Below are positions 13,379-26,010 of a stretch of DNA of 64,000 nt, piece after piece. The DNA is taken from positions 9,730,587 to 9,794,586 of the forward strand of contig CM120648.1 in NCBI GenBank assembly GCA_051362555.1. Direction: 5' to 3'. The DNA comes from Lingula anatina. Lineage: Eukaryota > Animalia > Brachiopoda. The position numbers were made by a program, and so were the translations under genes. Each line of letters starts with the position of its first letter. The stretch's first letter is position 1. The notes beneath the pieces were generated by a model. The model was not told the DNA's origin, ran no database searches, and saw only the letters and a list, made by a program, of their open reading frames with translations.

Positions 13379-13600
13379 CTGTTCTTTACCAAGGACACTA
13401 TCCCAAGTCGACTAATCAAGTAGTTCCTCTTTCTTAGTTCCTGAAAAAGAGGTTTTAAACTGCCTCAGGTACCCAAGTAAGCCTAAGCCCCCTAGAAGTC
13501 ACCTGGTTAAAGGGATAACAACCGTTCGTTTCGGGGAAATAACTTGGGGGAAAATGACGATTTTTCTTATTCACCAATGGTTAATGAATCCATTTCGACA
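13379..13600 (-). promoter_or_regulatory. Predicted non-coding first exon/promoter of GT61 copy 1
   Basis: Minus-strand donor AG|GTATGT at 13379/13378 pairs with a cag acceptor at 11621-11623. YY1-like CGCCATTTT at ~13289. The block recurs at ~23287, ~40972 and ~55699. Confidence 0.5.
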
Positions 13601-14452
13601 TTCAAAGTGAATTCATGTTTTTTTTCCTAAAAGGTTTGTTTTGTTTATAATGAATTCTTAATAGATTATTACGGAGGTATAGCAACCTATGAAAGTCCAT
13701 GTGGTCTGATGGTAAGCATAGACGGCGATAACTGTTGTTTTGTTGGTAAAATGGAGCTTATTATATATATATATATCTGTGAGATTTTAAAAGTATTTTT
13801 ATCGTTAATGTGAAACTAATTGGAACAATTGTTGTCCCTTTAGCTTTGGCGATATGCTTATTCAAGTTAAGCATGCTCTTATGTAATTTATGTGATTAAT
13901 TCAAATTAAAAACGATTATGTGCTTGTGGTTCTTTTCATCTTTTTTCATGCCGGCTGTGATTTTCTCTTCCTACTAAGCAAAAGAAATGGCCTGGATTTT
14001 TCCATTCCCGGATGTACATTTTATTCATCACATTACATATTTTCCAATTGGGTAATTTGTTTTTAAAGTGCACATCAATGACTAACGAATTCATTAGTGG
14101 TGTAATTAAAATACTTTCATTCCCAAACTGATTTTTAAACTCTACCTAAACGCACTTAACACCAGATTCAGTGAAAATTATCCCTAACTGCAGAATTAAA
14201 ATCAGACCACCTGTAATCACTGTGTAGATATCTAGGTAAAGTTTTAAAAATAATAGACGAACTGCTATGCGCAGAATTTCTAATGTATTCTGCATTTACA
14301 TCACATAACATTAACGAATGATAATCAATCCAGCCAGCCATTGGTGTTTGTCACGTAGACGTCTCTGGGTTCGTTCACAATTAATCTATCGTACCAACTT
14401 GTGCGCACCAAGTCCACGGGGAGACTCTCGCTGAATGCAATCGGACTGACAG

Positions 14453-14645
14453 CAGGCCCGTAGCCAGAAATTTCAAAAGGGGGGTTCTTTTTCAGAAAAA
14501 GTGGACCTTTTCCTAAAAAAAAACTTCATGTACCTAGATCAAATTTTACCCAGAGTGGACCTTTTCCCAACAAAAGGGGCGGTTTTTTCGAACACCCCGA
14601 ACACCCCCCCCCCCCCCCCACACACACACACTGGCTACGGGCCTG
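14453..14645. mobile_element. 193-bp MITE with CAGGCCCGTAGCCAG TIRs and 5-bp TSD (GACAG)
   Basis: Perfect 15-bp TIRs, with GACAG at 14448-14452 and 14646-14650. The empty site ctgacagattagc is at ~24068 and ~57041. Confidence 0.9.
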
Positions 14646-15186
14646 GACAGATAAACACGCCTTCTCCTGGCGTTGAGTGGAACTAAGATCTAATATATCC
14701 GTTTATTAGATCTTAGAGTGGAATAAGGAAAGGTTGGGGATTATTTGCCTTAATTTTTCGGCCTGACATGCTGACGGTAAGGGTACCGTTAGCAATGGCT
14801 AAAACCTCCCTGCACTCCTAGGTCTAGGCCATGTTTTCTGTCTGGCATGGTAAAAAAGTGCATTTTATTCCGATTCCTTATTACTATATTCAAATATGTT
14901 TCTTTGCGCTACATACGCTACGTATACATTTGTCTGGTCTTGAACTTTCGTAAAATATGCTAGAGCTTATGAAGACCATTTCTATTATCATAAACGATAC
15001 CGACTGTGCTTAACACCCAGCACGTAGGGGTTAAAGCAGAGATAAAGTTTCTGGTCTGCCAGAGAAAGATATTTTCATTTGTTATCTGTCAGCGCTTCAT
15101 ACGGCATGCGTCTAAATCCGCCACTGCACAGTAATGGAACCGACCAACGGACTGCCATTCCTGTCACAGCGGCATAGATTGTCATC

Positions 15187-15462
15187 GCCTTGCAACACTC
15201 TGAGTGGCACAGAGGTGACACAAAGGTGACAAGCCTTGCAACACTCTGAGTGGCACAGAGGTGACACAGAGGTGACAAGCCTTGCAACGCTCTGAGTGGC
15301 ACAGAGGTGACACAGAGGTGACAAGCCTTGCAACGCTCTGTGTGGCACAGAGGTGACAAACCTTGCAACACTCTGTGTGGCACAGAGGTGACACAGAGGT
15401 GACAAGCCTTGCAACACTCTGAGTGACACAGAGGTGACAAGCTGAGTGGCATAGAGGTGACA
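15187..15462. repeat. 46-bp minisatellite (~6 units, one 35-bp variant) with an 11-bp subrepeat acagaggtgac
   Basis: Unit gccttgcaacactctgagtggcacagaggtgacacagaggtgacaa starts at 15187, 15233, 15279 and 15325. Confidence 0.9.
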
Positions 15463-15464
15463 TA

Positions 15465-15600
15465 GTAAGTAATAAGGTCAGGGTGGACAGGCTGCAGAAA
15501 ATTTATGGGAGTGGTTTATGACAAAAACATGTTTGTGAGAACTGAGGGAAAGATGTCCATGACGCGTCTGAGAGCATGTATGCTATATGGGATGGAAAAA
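15465..15600 (+). mobile_element. Decayed RTE-clade LINE reverse transcriptase fragment
   Basis: IRSGWTGCRKFMGVVYDKNMFVRTEGKMSMTRLRACMLYGME resembles the RTE pattern GWxxWRKxxGVLCDxxMPxRLKGK...RPxMLYGxE. Confidence 0.65.
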
Positions 15601-15605
15601 AGTAA

Positions 15606-15637
<32 letters not shown>

Positions 15638-15831
15638 AAGGCTTAATTTATCACCATATGTTGAACCTGATTAATTCACACCAATCACGAGACAGGAAAA
15701 ACACATGATTTTGTACCAGTTGGTCACAAAATCACTGAAGCAGAAAATTTAAACATCCGAGTGGTCAGCGCACTCTCTTATGACCAAACAAGTGCATTTG
15801 TACTCGTTTATATGGTTGGAATCGATTCTCG

Positions 15832-15868
<37 letters not shown>

Positions 15869-16756
15869 GCAAAGCTGTCAAATGTACAGACAAAAAGCAG
15901 AAAATAACAATGCACAAAATAGGCTACTGTCAATTCCGATGCAAAAGTACATTATGCTTAACTGCAGATTCAAAATCAAATTTCCTCCATTTTGAGATTC
16001 TGAACATAGTGAATGATTGAATCTGACAAACTGCAAAGATATCAGTTTATTTCCATTTTTGAAACTTTATTACACAATACACGATTACAAGTTTACCATC
16101 ATTTTATCACATAATCAACTAACAATGTTGTAAAGATGCAGGAAATGTCACATAAACACTTTTACGTATCTTATTAGTTAAATAATGAGACTGTTAACAT
16201 GCCTAAGAATTGAATCTGAGGAAATGTGAAAAAAACAGCATAACTTCTAAAATAATGGCCCGATTATGCTGATTTTCGAACTCTACCTGCGGTTTAGTAA
16301 GATTGACCACTCCTGTGAGTTTAATGACAATTGGCTTATCTGTTTTTCTTATATTGTGTTTTCAGTGTTGCATATATGCTGAAAAGTGTAAAAACAGCAT
16401 AACTTCTACAATAATGGCCTAGTCATGCTGATTTTCGAACTTGACCTGCGTTTTATGAATATTCATCAGCTCTGTAAATATAAAGCCAAGAAGTAAAACT
16501 GTCTTCCACTTATCGTGTTTACGCTGAAAGTGCACGGCGACAGCGACGACGGCGACGACAGCAACGACGGCGACGACAGACGCAGGTGATGGCAATATGT
16601 ACAGACACATCTGTGTCTGTACATAAAAAAAATACAAGAAAGTTTTCTGATGCGTTTTCATTGACTGTATATCCAGCTGAATTCATACAATGAAATACAT
16701 ATTTAAGCTACTGCTCTGTAGTTTGAATAACAAAAATACTTCTGTTAAAGAAACTA

Positions 16757-18238
16757 TTACAAGCGCTGATCAATCCTATCCAAAACCCGGTCCAATTTGC
16801 CAAGGTCAACAATTAAGTTACCATTCCGTGTTTCTGCTTTATTATAAATTCTCCAATACGACTGATTCAACATATTGCACATGGACCAAAAGATCGAGTG
16901 AGCTATACCCGAGGGGATTGGGTTACCCTCGCCATCTGACGGAAGTATTTCTACAACGCTGACGTCACTTGAGGCAAAATTTAGATTATAGAGGGCGCCT
17001 CCGTGAACACCAATCATAAGCCGCGCACGCCCAAAAACGCTCACAGATGTTGTGAGGTTGTACCTTCCCGGGTAGACTATTACTCTGTCTTTCCCGTATC
17101 TTTTTTCTAGAAACGCCTGTACTTTTATCTGATTCAGCATCTTTCTTCCTCCATTATGACTCTGCTTTCTGGTTAACAAAATGACATATGCCTCCTCACG
17201 AGGTACAGGGAGTTTGTCAGGAGCGTTCATAAGTTTGTGTGCATTTTGCCACAGGGTCGGGTGTAACGGCGGTGTAATACAAGTGTAGATTATCTTCCTT
17301 GCTGCATAAATTCTACCAGCGTGGAAAAGAATCTTATCTTTTCCGATTCCAAGTGCTTCCAAGATCTCCAATATAATTACATCTCTACTTAAAGGTATCA
17401 AGATTTTTACGCCTTTGTTCAGCAATAAATCAAGGGCTTGGACAATCTTGGGTAGAATACCGTCTAAGAAATGTTGAAAGGAGGATCCGCCGGGAACCAT
17501 TAGAGGACAGAGAATGTCAACATGGACAGCAGCAGTCGGGGATAAATTTTCTGACTTTATTTCATCAAAAGGGCTCTTCCATCCACACTTAGAACGGCTT
17601 ATAGACTTATTGAAGACGCCATTGTCAATTATCCGTAATACTCCCCTCAGTTTTTCGGCGCTCTGTTGCATTAGTTCAACGTTGTGAGGATGTTTGCGGA
17701 ACTTATTTAAGTCCTCCTCGTCCACACAGTTCGGTTCAGCCATTTTGAATGCGTCATATTTAAATGTCAATTCTTTGGGGAATGTTTCAATTGAAATTGG
17801 TTTGCTGCGTCCAACTAGAGGTAAACTTATTTCCGTTTGCTGCACGTGGCTTTTGAAATCTTGCGGTTCGTTAAATTTCTTTATTACTTTTTCTGTATGA
17901 GAAGCTGTGATATGTTTGGTGTTCAATTTGTTTAAGGCAAATTCGCTGCCTCGTGTGTAGCGTTTGCTGTGCATACTTTTTAAATCAGGTGAGTTTCTCC
18001 TTTCTGGAGTGTCCTCGGGATCACGTGGCTTATCTGCATTGTCTCTGCTCATTTTCATATAAATTAATCGAGCTTGAGAGTACACTTTAGTGGAGTCATA
18101 CTGCTCATTATTTTCCAAATCAGACATACTTTTCTTGTCAGTGGCAATGAAAACCCCACTTAGGTAGATTTGTACAAGGATGTAGAATAATAGCGCTACA
18201 TAGATCACTTGAAGAAGGGGTGCATTTTTAGAAGACAT
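16757..18238 (-). CDS. Glycosyltransferase family 61 (DUF563)-like protein, copy 2, 493 aa
   Basis: Colinear, gap-free paralog of 10037-11518 with the same TM and catalytic motifs. 5'UTR acceptor at 18340-18342. Confidence 0.85.
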   Translation of the reverse strand: MSSKNAPLLQVIYVALLFYILVQIYLSGVFIATDKKSMSDLENNEQYDSTKVYSQARLIYMKMSRDNADKPRDPEDTPERRNSPDLKSMHSKRYTRGSEFALNKLNTKHITASHTEKVIKKFNEPQDFKSHVQQTEISLPLVGRSKPISIETFPKELTFKYDAFKMAEPNCVDEEDLNKFRKHPHNVELMQQSAEKLRGVLRIIDNGVFNKSISRSKCGWKSPFDEIKSENLSPTAAVHVDILCPLMVPGGSSFQHFLDGILPKIVQALDLLLNKGVKILIPLSRDVIILEILEALGIGKDKILFHAGRIYAARKIIYTCITPPLHPTLWQNAHKLMNAPDKLPVPREEAYVILLTRKQSHNGGRKMLNQIKVQAFLEKRYGKDRVIVYPGRYNLTTSVSVFGRARLMIGVHGGALYNLNFASSDVSVVEILPSDGEGNPIPSGIAHSIFWSMCNMLNQSYWRIYNKAETRNGNLIVDLGKLDRVLDRIDQRL

Positions 18239-21200
18239 CTTCGAGTAATTTCTAACTGGAACGCTGGATATGCCAAACGAGTGTTGTTATGGTAACTGCT
18301 CTCTGGCCTTGAAACGTCCAAAACGCAAAGTCAATCTTCCTGCAAAACAATTCAGAGAATTATGGATATTTGCTGAATTCTAATTCACTATATGGTTTTG
18401 GTATTGGCGCCGACTAGCATAAATTTGTTCTCATGATGCTTTTATAGTATACCATCATCAAAATGGATTAAAAGTAGGGCGTGGATAGTTTGATATTGAT
18501 ATAACAGTACACAACGGCAATGTTACATTTCCAGGGATAAACCAACTAAAAGCAAAACATCCCTTAACACTTGGTAGTAGTTGAGCTAAAAGGTTCATTA
18601 GTTTGGTAGTTAAATCACAAACAGTAATTATTTGGTACAGCCAGATTTTTTCTCACCGTTAGCTTAAGGCAAACCCGGTCAACATGACTTATGAAGAGAA
18701 GACTCAGGAGAATAAAGGTATGTTCCTAATGATACTACCTTACCAGGTAGATCCAACCCCGCGGGAACTATCGCTGAATGCAATCAGGTTAACAGAATAA
18801 CACGTCCCCTTTTATTTTCTCAACGTATTCGTATGATCACCAACTTTTCTGTATTCAAATCATCGCTGGGAAGTAGTTACAGTGGGAATTAGCCCTAAGA
18901 CGCTGGGTGATGCTCTTACTGTGTGTGATTACCCACCTTGGGATTTGAAACTGAAACCTGGTAAGAAATGGACTGAACCAACCGGCTGTGGCTTTAACAG
19001 ATACAGTCAACACGAGTCAGCTAGGCGGGTAGGGAATACCCCCCCTCCCTTTAATCACCAATCACCAAGATTAAAACAGCTCAAACACTAATCACCAAGA
19101 TATATTCAGGCCAATCACCAAGAAATCCTGAATCACGTTTCACGCAGAATATTGGGCTCAAAAAACGCACCACGCTCGAAAAATAAGTCCAATCACGCAG
19201 AAAGGTATTCCCTACCCTCAGCTAGGCCTTCTCCCTTACCTCGGACAATGAGGCCATGTTTGCGTTACAGTTTTTGGCTTTGTGTGTGCACAGCATTATG
19301 CAAAAAAGCCACGAACGGATTTTGATGAAATTTTAAAGATAAGTCACAAGTAGACCAAACAAGAGGTGGATAGTTTTGGTGATTTATTTATTCAAAGTTA
19401 ATTATTATTCAATTATTTGTGTCAGCTGAGGTTGGGCCCTCTGAGCTCTTTTCTGGTTGTAAAGGAAGGAATTTCCGAAATGGTGTGAAGGATCCTCGAA
19501 AAGCATAATATCAACAAAGCTTTTAAAGCCTTAGCAACATCACGTCCGGCTTTGCCGAGTCCACAAATGGCACTCGGGTGTCTCCGGCGCATTTTTGTTG
19601 CCGACAGAGGCGTTTAGGCCTGATTCTTTGAATTACACATCGGAATTACAAAAGAACGATAGGACTTAGAAAATTGTCAAAAGTCGTCTTATGTAGCATT
19701 TAGGGGTTAAATAGTTTTTGAAGTGTATGTAAGGTTTTATAAGAAGCTCTTCAAACCCATGGAGTGTACCTTTAAATCACGCAGTGAATATTCAGGCCCC
19801 TAAAAGGAAGAAGTTGTAAAGATCACATTTTACTCTTTGTTCACTGACGTAGTATGCCGTTTGTTAGAGAAAAAAAAACTTTTTGTGAATGATGATAATT
19901 TTTTCTAAAGCTATGTATATAAGCCGCGAGTGGCTGCATGCTTTGCATCTAATGGATGACACATCACCATGAAGATCGAGAAAGATACTTCAGCATCTTG
20001 TTATCATTCGAACACACACGAACTCACGGTCACCTTTAACTGTTATAGTATCTTTTTCTATAACAGAGTACCGTGAACTGTCAAAATTGTTGACTACAAA
20101 CCATCATCTTTATAGCTGGACTTAATCATCCTTGTGTTAGCTGACCTTGCGAGGAAGTTTATTGGAATGTATTTCTAAAAAGCAAGTTAGGAAAATTCAA
20201 TAGTTCACTAAAGGCACAAAACAACTATCACTTTTACTCTAAAACACCTTTCTTCATATTTTGATAAAATACGTTACGGTATTGATATCTATTAATTTTT
20301 TCCGGAAGTAATGAACAATAGAACATCAGGATGATGGTGGGGTATTCATTATAATACTTTATTTAAGCTTTCATCACATGCAGGTTATTTCGGTACCGAT
20401 AGTCCGAATATTCTACAATTCGCACCGCTTTAGTCGCCGACTAACCCCAAGCCCATTTTGGAATTAACCGCTAACTGTAATTCAAACAGCACAAGACGTG
20501 TTTTAGTTATTTATATAAAAAAAAGGTTTCAAAACATTATATAATGTTTTCCAGAATGTTATAAACACGCTGATAAAACTCCACAAAATGACATTATCAT
20601 AAAATTTTGTAGAAACGGTCTTCGAATCTTTTTACAAATTATAACGTTACTATACGTCATTTTGCATGGAGTTAAAACACCCATAACGGTACCATAATGT
20701 TCTTCTACACCATTACCAGCATGTAACCATCTGATAACGTCGTGAAAACGTTATTTGTTATTTGGATCATTACTTAATGGTATATATGAACCGAGCATCG
20801 GTGGAGCGTGGGCTGCCAGTAACACAAATAAACCACTTCTACTAGATTCTTATACGACTCAAATAAAGTCGACATGCCAAGGGACAAACTAAATAAATTA
20901 TTTGATCAGCCATAAAAGAGCTTTAGACTGCTCTGTAAATTTTTGGTCAGAAATTTAACCTATTTATGTGACCTACTTTCCTGCCCCATGTATATATAGG
21001 ATAGTAAGCTAGCAGAAAAATCCATTCAAATATCATTTTTCGGGTAATATTAATCAATGCCTTCTGGTAATTTTCTTAATTATACTTTTTGAAACTATAC
21101 ACTGGCGTTTGGTTGGTTTATGAGCAAAAAATTGACTTTGTATGCATCTTTAATAGGCCTATTTGAAATAAGCAAGCGATACTGCAAGGAAGGACACCAA

Positions 21201-23286
21201 GCGTTCGAGCAGACTGCATGCTCCACGCCTTCAACAGCTCCTTACGTTTACAAGGGGAAGTGTTAAGCCAAATTGTTGAGACTTGTAATAAACTTATGGG
21301 ACCGGTGAAACTAATCACATAGCTAAAAGTGCGACACTTCTAAGCATGTTAAACATTTTTATTTCTTCTGAAAGAAGCTTGAAAAACTAAACTTGTTGTT
21401 CAGCTACGCTCTACCAGGGCGACAGACTGATTTTTCACAGATATTCACAGATATGTCTCTAGATAAATAGACAGTCAATTTGGTCTGATGTCGCCTCAGC
21501 AAAAAATGTCCACAATAACTGCAGCCCTGGTAGAGGGTATTGTTCAGCAGCTCCACGCGTTTAGGAATTCCACACCTATAGCAGCTCTATATGTTTAGCA
21601 GCCTCACGCGCTTAGCAGGGGAAGTGCTTAGCCAATGTGCTTAGCTTGTGATAGGCTTATTATAGATTCATATACCGGTGAAGCTAAGCACATACATTGT
21701 AGCTAAACGTGTAACACTGCCAACGTGTCTAGCATTTTCTTCCGTGAGACGCTTAAAAAGCTATACGTGCTTAGCTTTTACACATATTTCTAAATGCGTA
21801 TAGGTGCTTAACGTATGTTGTATGTATTTTAACGCTAAACACTGTTTTTACAGTGTAGTCTCACTAGATTACTGTCAGCTTAGTCAGCTTAAATATCTGT
21901 CCCGCCTACTAAAAGCTGTAAGAAGGCAATAAACTTCCGTGCGCGGTCGGCTGACTGCAATTTAGCGTGAACCCCCATGGAGTTAGGTCGATCTAGTTGG
22001 ATCGATCTAAACTCTGGGAATGCGCTCTAAGACTGGGTTCCCATCCCTAGAGCGATCTAACAGGATCGGTCCATCTCCACGGGGCCCCTCGCTAAATTGC
22101 TTTCAGCCCAAGCGGCTAAGTCGTCTGGGGAGCCCACTGAAGCTGCTAAACGCCTACTAAAGCTGTTAATTACTCCCCTTCTCAGCCTCAGCAGGCATGA
22201 CAGACATCTAAGCCGCCCAAGTGTATTGCAATTAAGCGAGAATCCCCCCCGGAGATAGTTCGATCCAAAGTTGGTACGGCAGTCTCTGGGAATGGTCTCT
22301 AAGTCATTGAATGGATACTGAATTTACATTTCCATCTTTCTTAGTGCCTACATTTAAAAAATGCGCAGAGCATTATGTTCAATGCATTATTTTACATGTA
22401 CTTGCAGTTTTTTATTTCGTATTGGGAATGTTTGTAGGTGATATGTGTAGACTACATGTAGTAGAAAAGGAAAGGGGGGTCGGTCAAAAGAACCACAGTT
22501 TTGGACGAAAAAGTCCACTCTGAATCAAAAGCTGTGTCAACGATGTAGTTTAAAAAAGTCCTTTACCCCTTGAAATTGGTGACTTTAAGCCTGAATTGAG
22601 GTCTTACAAAAATAATAATTAATAAAAGTAAATAAATAAACATTAAAATGTGATAAGCCCGTAGCCAGAAGGGGGATCTTTTTCTGAAAAGGTGGACATT
22701 TTACCATGAAACCTTAATGCGCCCAGATAAAATTTTACCCAGACGGGACCTTTTCACGACAAAAAAGGGTTTTTTTTCGCCCCCCCCCCCCCCTCCCCCG
22801 GCTACGGGTCTGTAGGATAACCTACAGTCACCAGTTTCTCACTCAAACGTTGCGGTCACTTTATGTACAGACGACCTGACGACCTGACGACCTGACTTTG
22901 TTTAAAATCACATTGTCCACTTAATTACTTAACATACTGATTTTAATATACCTTAGTTAAAACAATTGCGATGAATGTTAATGATGTTATAGAATAACTT
23001 TGTCTCTTTTGTTTCAAATGTGTTTGCCATTTCGCTCCAAGCCGAACATATTCGGTCTTGCCACCATCAGAATGCATTTATAATATTCACTGCATACTTT
23101 TGTCAGCATCTTATATAATTTTTTGCAACTTAAATTAGAATATGAAATCGTTCATAATTCTTTGGAAATAATGTAAACTAACCAATTTATGTTGACGCCA
23201 TTTTGTGACAGGTAATGCTCTATGGAATAGTTAACAGATGAACATGTTTTACTTGAATTAATATTCACTCTACGGGGTGTACATAC

Positions 23287-23510
23287 CTGTTCTATTCCAA
23301 GGACACTATCCCAAGTCGACTAATCAAGTAGTTCCTCTTTCTTAGTTCCTGAAAAAGAGGTTTTAAACTGCCTCAGGTACCACAGTAAGCCTAAGCCCCT
23401 TAGAAGTCAGCAGCCGTACCTGGTTAAAGGGATAACAACCGTTCGTTTCGGGGAAATAACTTGGGGGAAAATGACGATTTTTCTTATTCACCAATGGTAA
23501 ATGAATCCAT
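23287..23510 (-). promoter_or_regulatory. Predicted non-coding first exon/promoter of GT61 copy 2
   Basis: Same donor block (acatac|ctgttc...ggacactatcccaagtcgac) as at 13379; implies a ~4.9-kb 5'UTR intron. Confidence 0.5.
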
Positions 23511-24610
23511 TCCGACATTCAAAGTGAATTCATGTTTTTTTATAAAGTTTGTTTTTTTTTTAATAATAAATTCTTGAGAGATTATTACGGAGGTATAGCC
23601 ATCTATGAAAACCCATGTGGTCTGATGGTAAGCACAGATTGCGATAACTGTTGTTTTGTTGGTAAAATGGAGCTCATTATATGTGTATATATATGTGAGT
23701 TTTTAAAATATTTTTATAGTGAATGTGAAACTAATTGGAACAATTGTTATCTCTTTAACTTTGGCGATATGCTTATTCAAGATAGGCATGCTTTTATGTA
23801 ATTTATGTGATTAATTCAAATTAAAAACGATTATGTGCTTCTGATTTTAATTCTGCAGTTAATCTGGTTTTAAGTGCGGTTAGGAAGACGAACTGCTACG
23901 CGCAGAATTTCTAATGCATTCTGCATTTACATCACATAACATTAATGAATGATAATCAATCCAGTCAGCCATTGGTATTTGTCACGTAGGGTTCGTTCAC
24001 AATTAATCTATCGTACCAGCTTGTGCGCACCAAGTCCACGGGGAGACTCTCGCTGAATGCAATCAGACTGACAGATTAGCACGCCCTCTCCTGGCGTTGA
24101 GTGGAATACGGAAAGGTTGGTGATTATTTGCCTTACTTTTCGGCCTGACATGCTGACGGTAAGGGTACCGTTAGCAATGGCTAAAACCTCCCTATACAAG
24201 CCTAGGTGCAGGCCATGTTTTCGGTCTAGCATGGTAAAATGTGCATTTTATGCTGATTCCTTATTACTATATCCAAATATGTTTTTACTTACGCTACTTA
24301 TGTGTGTGTCTGGTCTTAAACTTTCGTAAAATGTGCTAGAGCTTAAAAAGATTATCATTCCTATTATCATAAACGATACCTGCTGTGCTTGGCACCCAGC
24401 ACTCAGGTCTTAAAGCAGAGATAAAGTTCCTGGTCTGGCAAAGAAAGATATTTTCGTTTGCTAGCTTTCAGCGCTTCATACGGCATGCTGGGCTATAACC
24501 TCCCCAGGGACGTAGTTGCAACTTACTTGGCTGTTTGTTTTTTCTTTTACTTAGTGACACATATGCTTTAAAATATTCAGATGTTAAGACGGAGCTTGCG
24601 TTTAAGACAG

Positions 24611-24886
24611 AATTTTTAAGTTAAACGAGACTTACTTGTAAGTTGAAGTTGGACTGGAATTCTGTCTTAAAAGCAAGCAAGCGAAGTCTTAACATCCCAC
24701 CCTTCCCACCTCTCATGGGATTTATCTTGTGATACATGTGTCACTAAGTTATCTTTAAAATATGACGCGAGACTCTGCGAGATGTGGGACTGCGCTCTTC
24801 AGATGTTGAGACTTCGCTTGCTTGCTTTTAAGACAGAATTCCAGTCCAACGTCAACTTACAAGTAAGTCTCGTTTAACTTAAAATT
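24611..24886. repeat. Foldback: ~85-bp near-perfect inverted repeat with ~105-bp spacer
   Basis: 24611-24696 is the reverse complement of 24802-24886 with about 3 differences. Confidence 0.85.
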
Positions 24887-25317
24887 ATATTAGTTATACA
24901 TGTACTATTTAAAACTCTATGTTGGCATTTGGTTGGCTTTTGTGGAAAAATTGACCTCATATGCATCTATCAAATAAGAAGTTTTTGACATATATTATTG
25001 CCATAAAATCAAAAATCAGATAATACTTTGGCAAGTAATTACTACAATTACTTCAATCACTGATACCAGATACAAATGAATGATGAAAAACTTTGGTTCT
25101 AATGGCTATAAGAAGATTGTCCCTCAGGTTTGTTTCAAGACACATATGAAAGCTGTTATAAAATACGGCTTAAAATGTGTGCTAATTGAGTACGCCTGCC
25201 ATGAATAACGAATAATATCTTGATCACTGTAGCCACATACAAATAATCTTCCAGACAACGTAAGCACTGTGTCATTACTAAAAAGATTTTACCAAAAGCC
25301 GGGTTTCGCCAGTTTTT

Positions 25318-25352
<35 letters not shown>

Positions 25353-26010
25353 GACTGATGTGAGACGATGTTGACACGAGGTATAGCGACCAGGACCCTC
25401 TTATAAATGTCAGGTAGATAGACGCCACCGTTATGTTTGATAATTTTCATTTATTATCTAACTGCCAAGGTAATGAACATTTTGCTAAAAAAAAAAAGAT
25501 TATCACTAGTGAGTTACTGATTTTATCTTGATAGCAATCGTGAGCTCTTCCCATCTTTGAAAAGAACTGAATGAACGATTAAAAGTGCAACTGGCCACTT
25601 GGTTTGCTCAGAGATCCCTTCTTTCAGATTTTTGAGCCACATCTCTCATCTCTCATATGCAGTCCTCATTGTGTATTGATGGTAATTGCTGTGTGCGACC
25701 ACTAGTCTCGGTTTTGTCAGCACGAACGCCGAATTACTAAAGAACCACAATTTCACAATTTCATGGCACGAACTTTAAATTAGTGACCACGAACAACGTA
25801 TCAAATTGTTTGTACGAACTCTATAAAGCACGCAGTAGTTTACCAAGTGTATTTGACAGGGTTGTTATTATGTGTTTAAGTCAAAATAACTCTTCGTTTT
25901 GGTCAAAAATTGGCTTTTCCGGGAGTAAACGGCAATTTTCCCATACTTACCAATGGTTAACGACCCCTACTTAAAACTGCGGGAAAAGCAGACAGCATTA
26001 AATGTGTTAA

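Noticed and set aside
15075-15463. Cys/His-rich ORFs resembling metallothionein or zinc fingers (CHSECCKACHLC)
   Set aside because: The 46-bp unit is not a multiple of 3, so the peptide cycles through all frames; it is a minisatellite.
16534-16582. (ACGGCG/ACGACG)n giving a VVAVVA ORF
   Set aside because: It is a low-complexity tract at the end of an interspersed repeat in the GT61-2 3' flank, not a gene.
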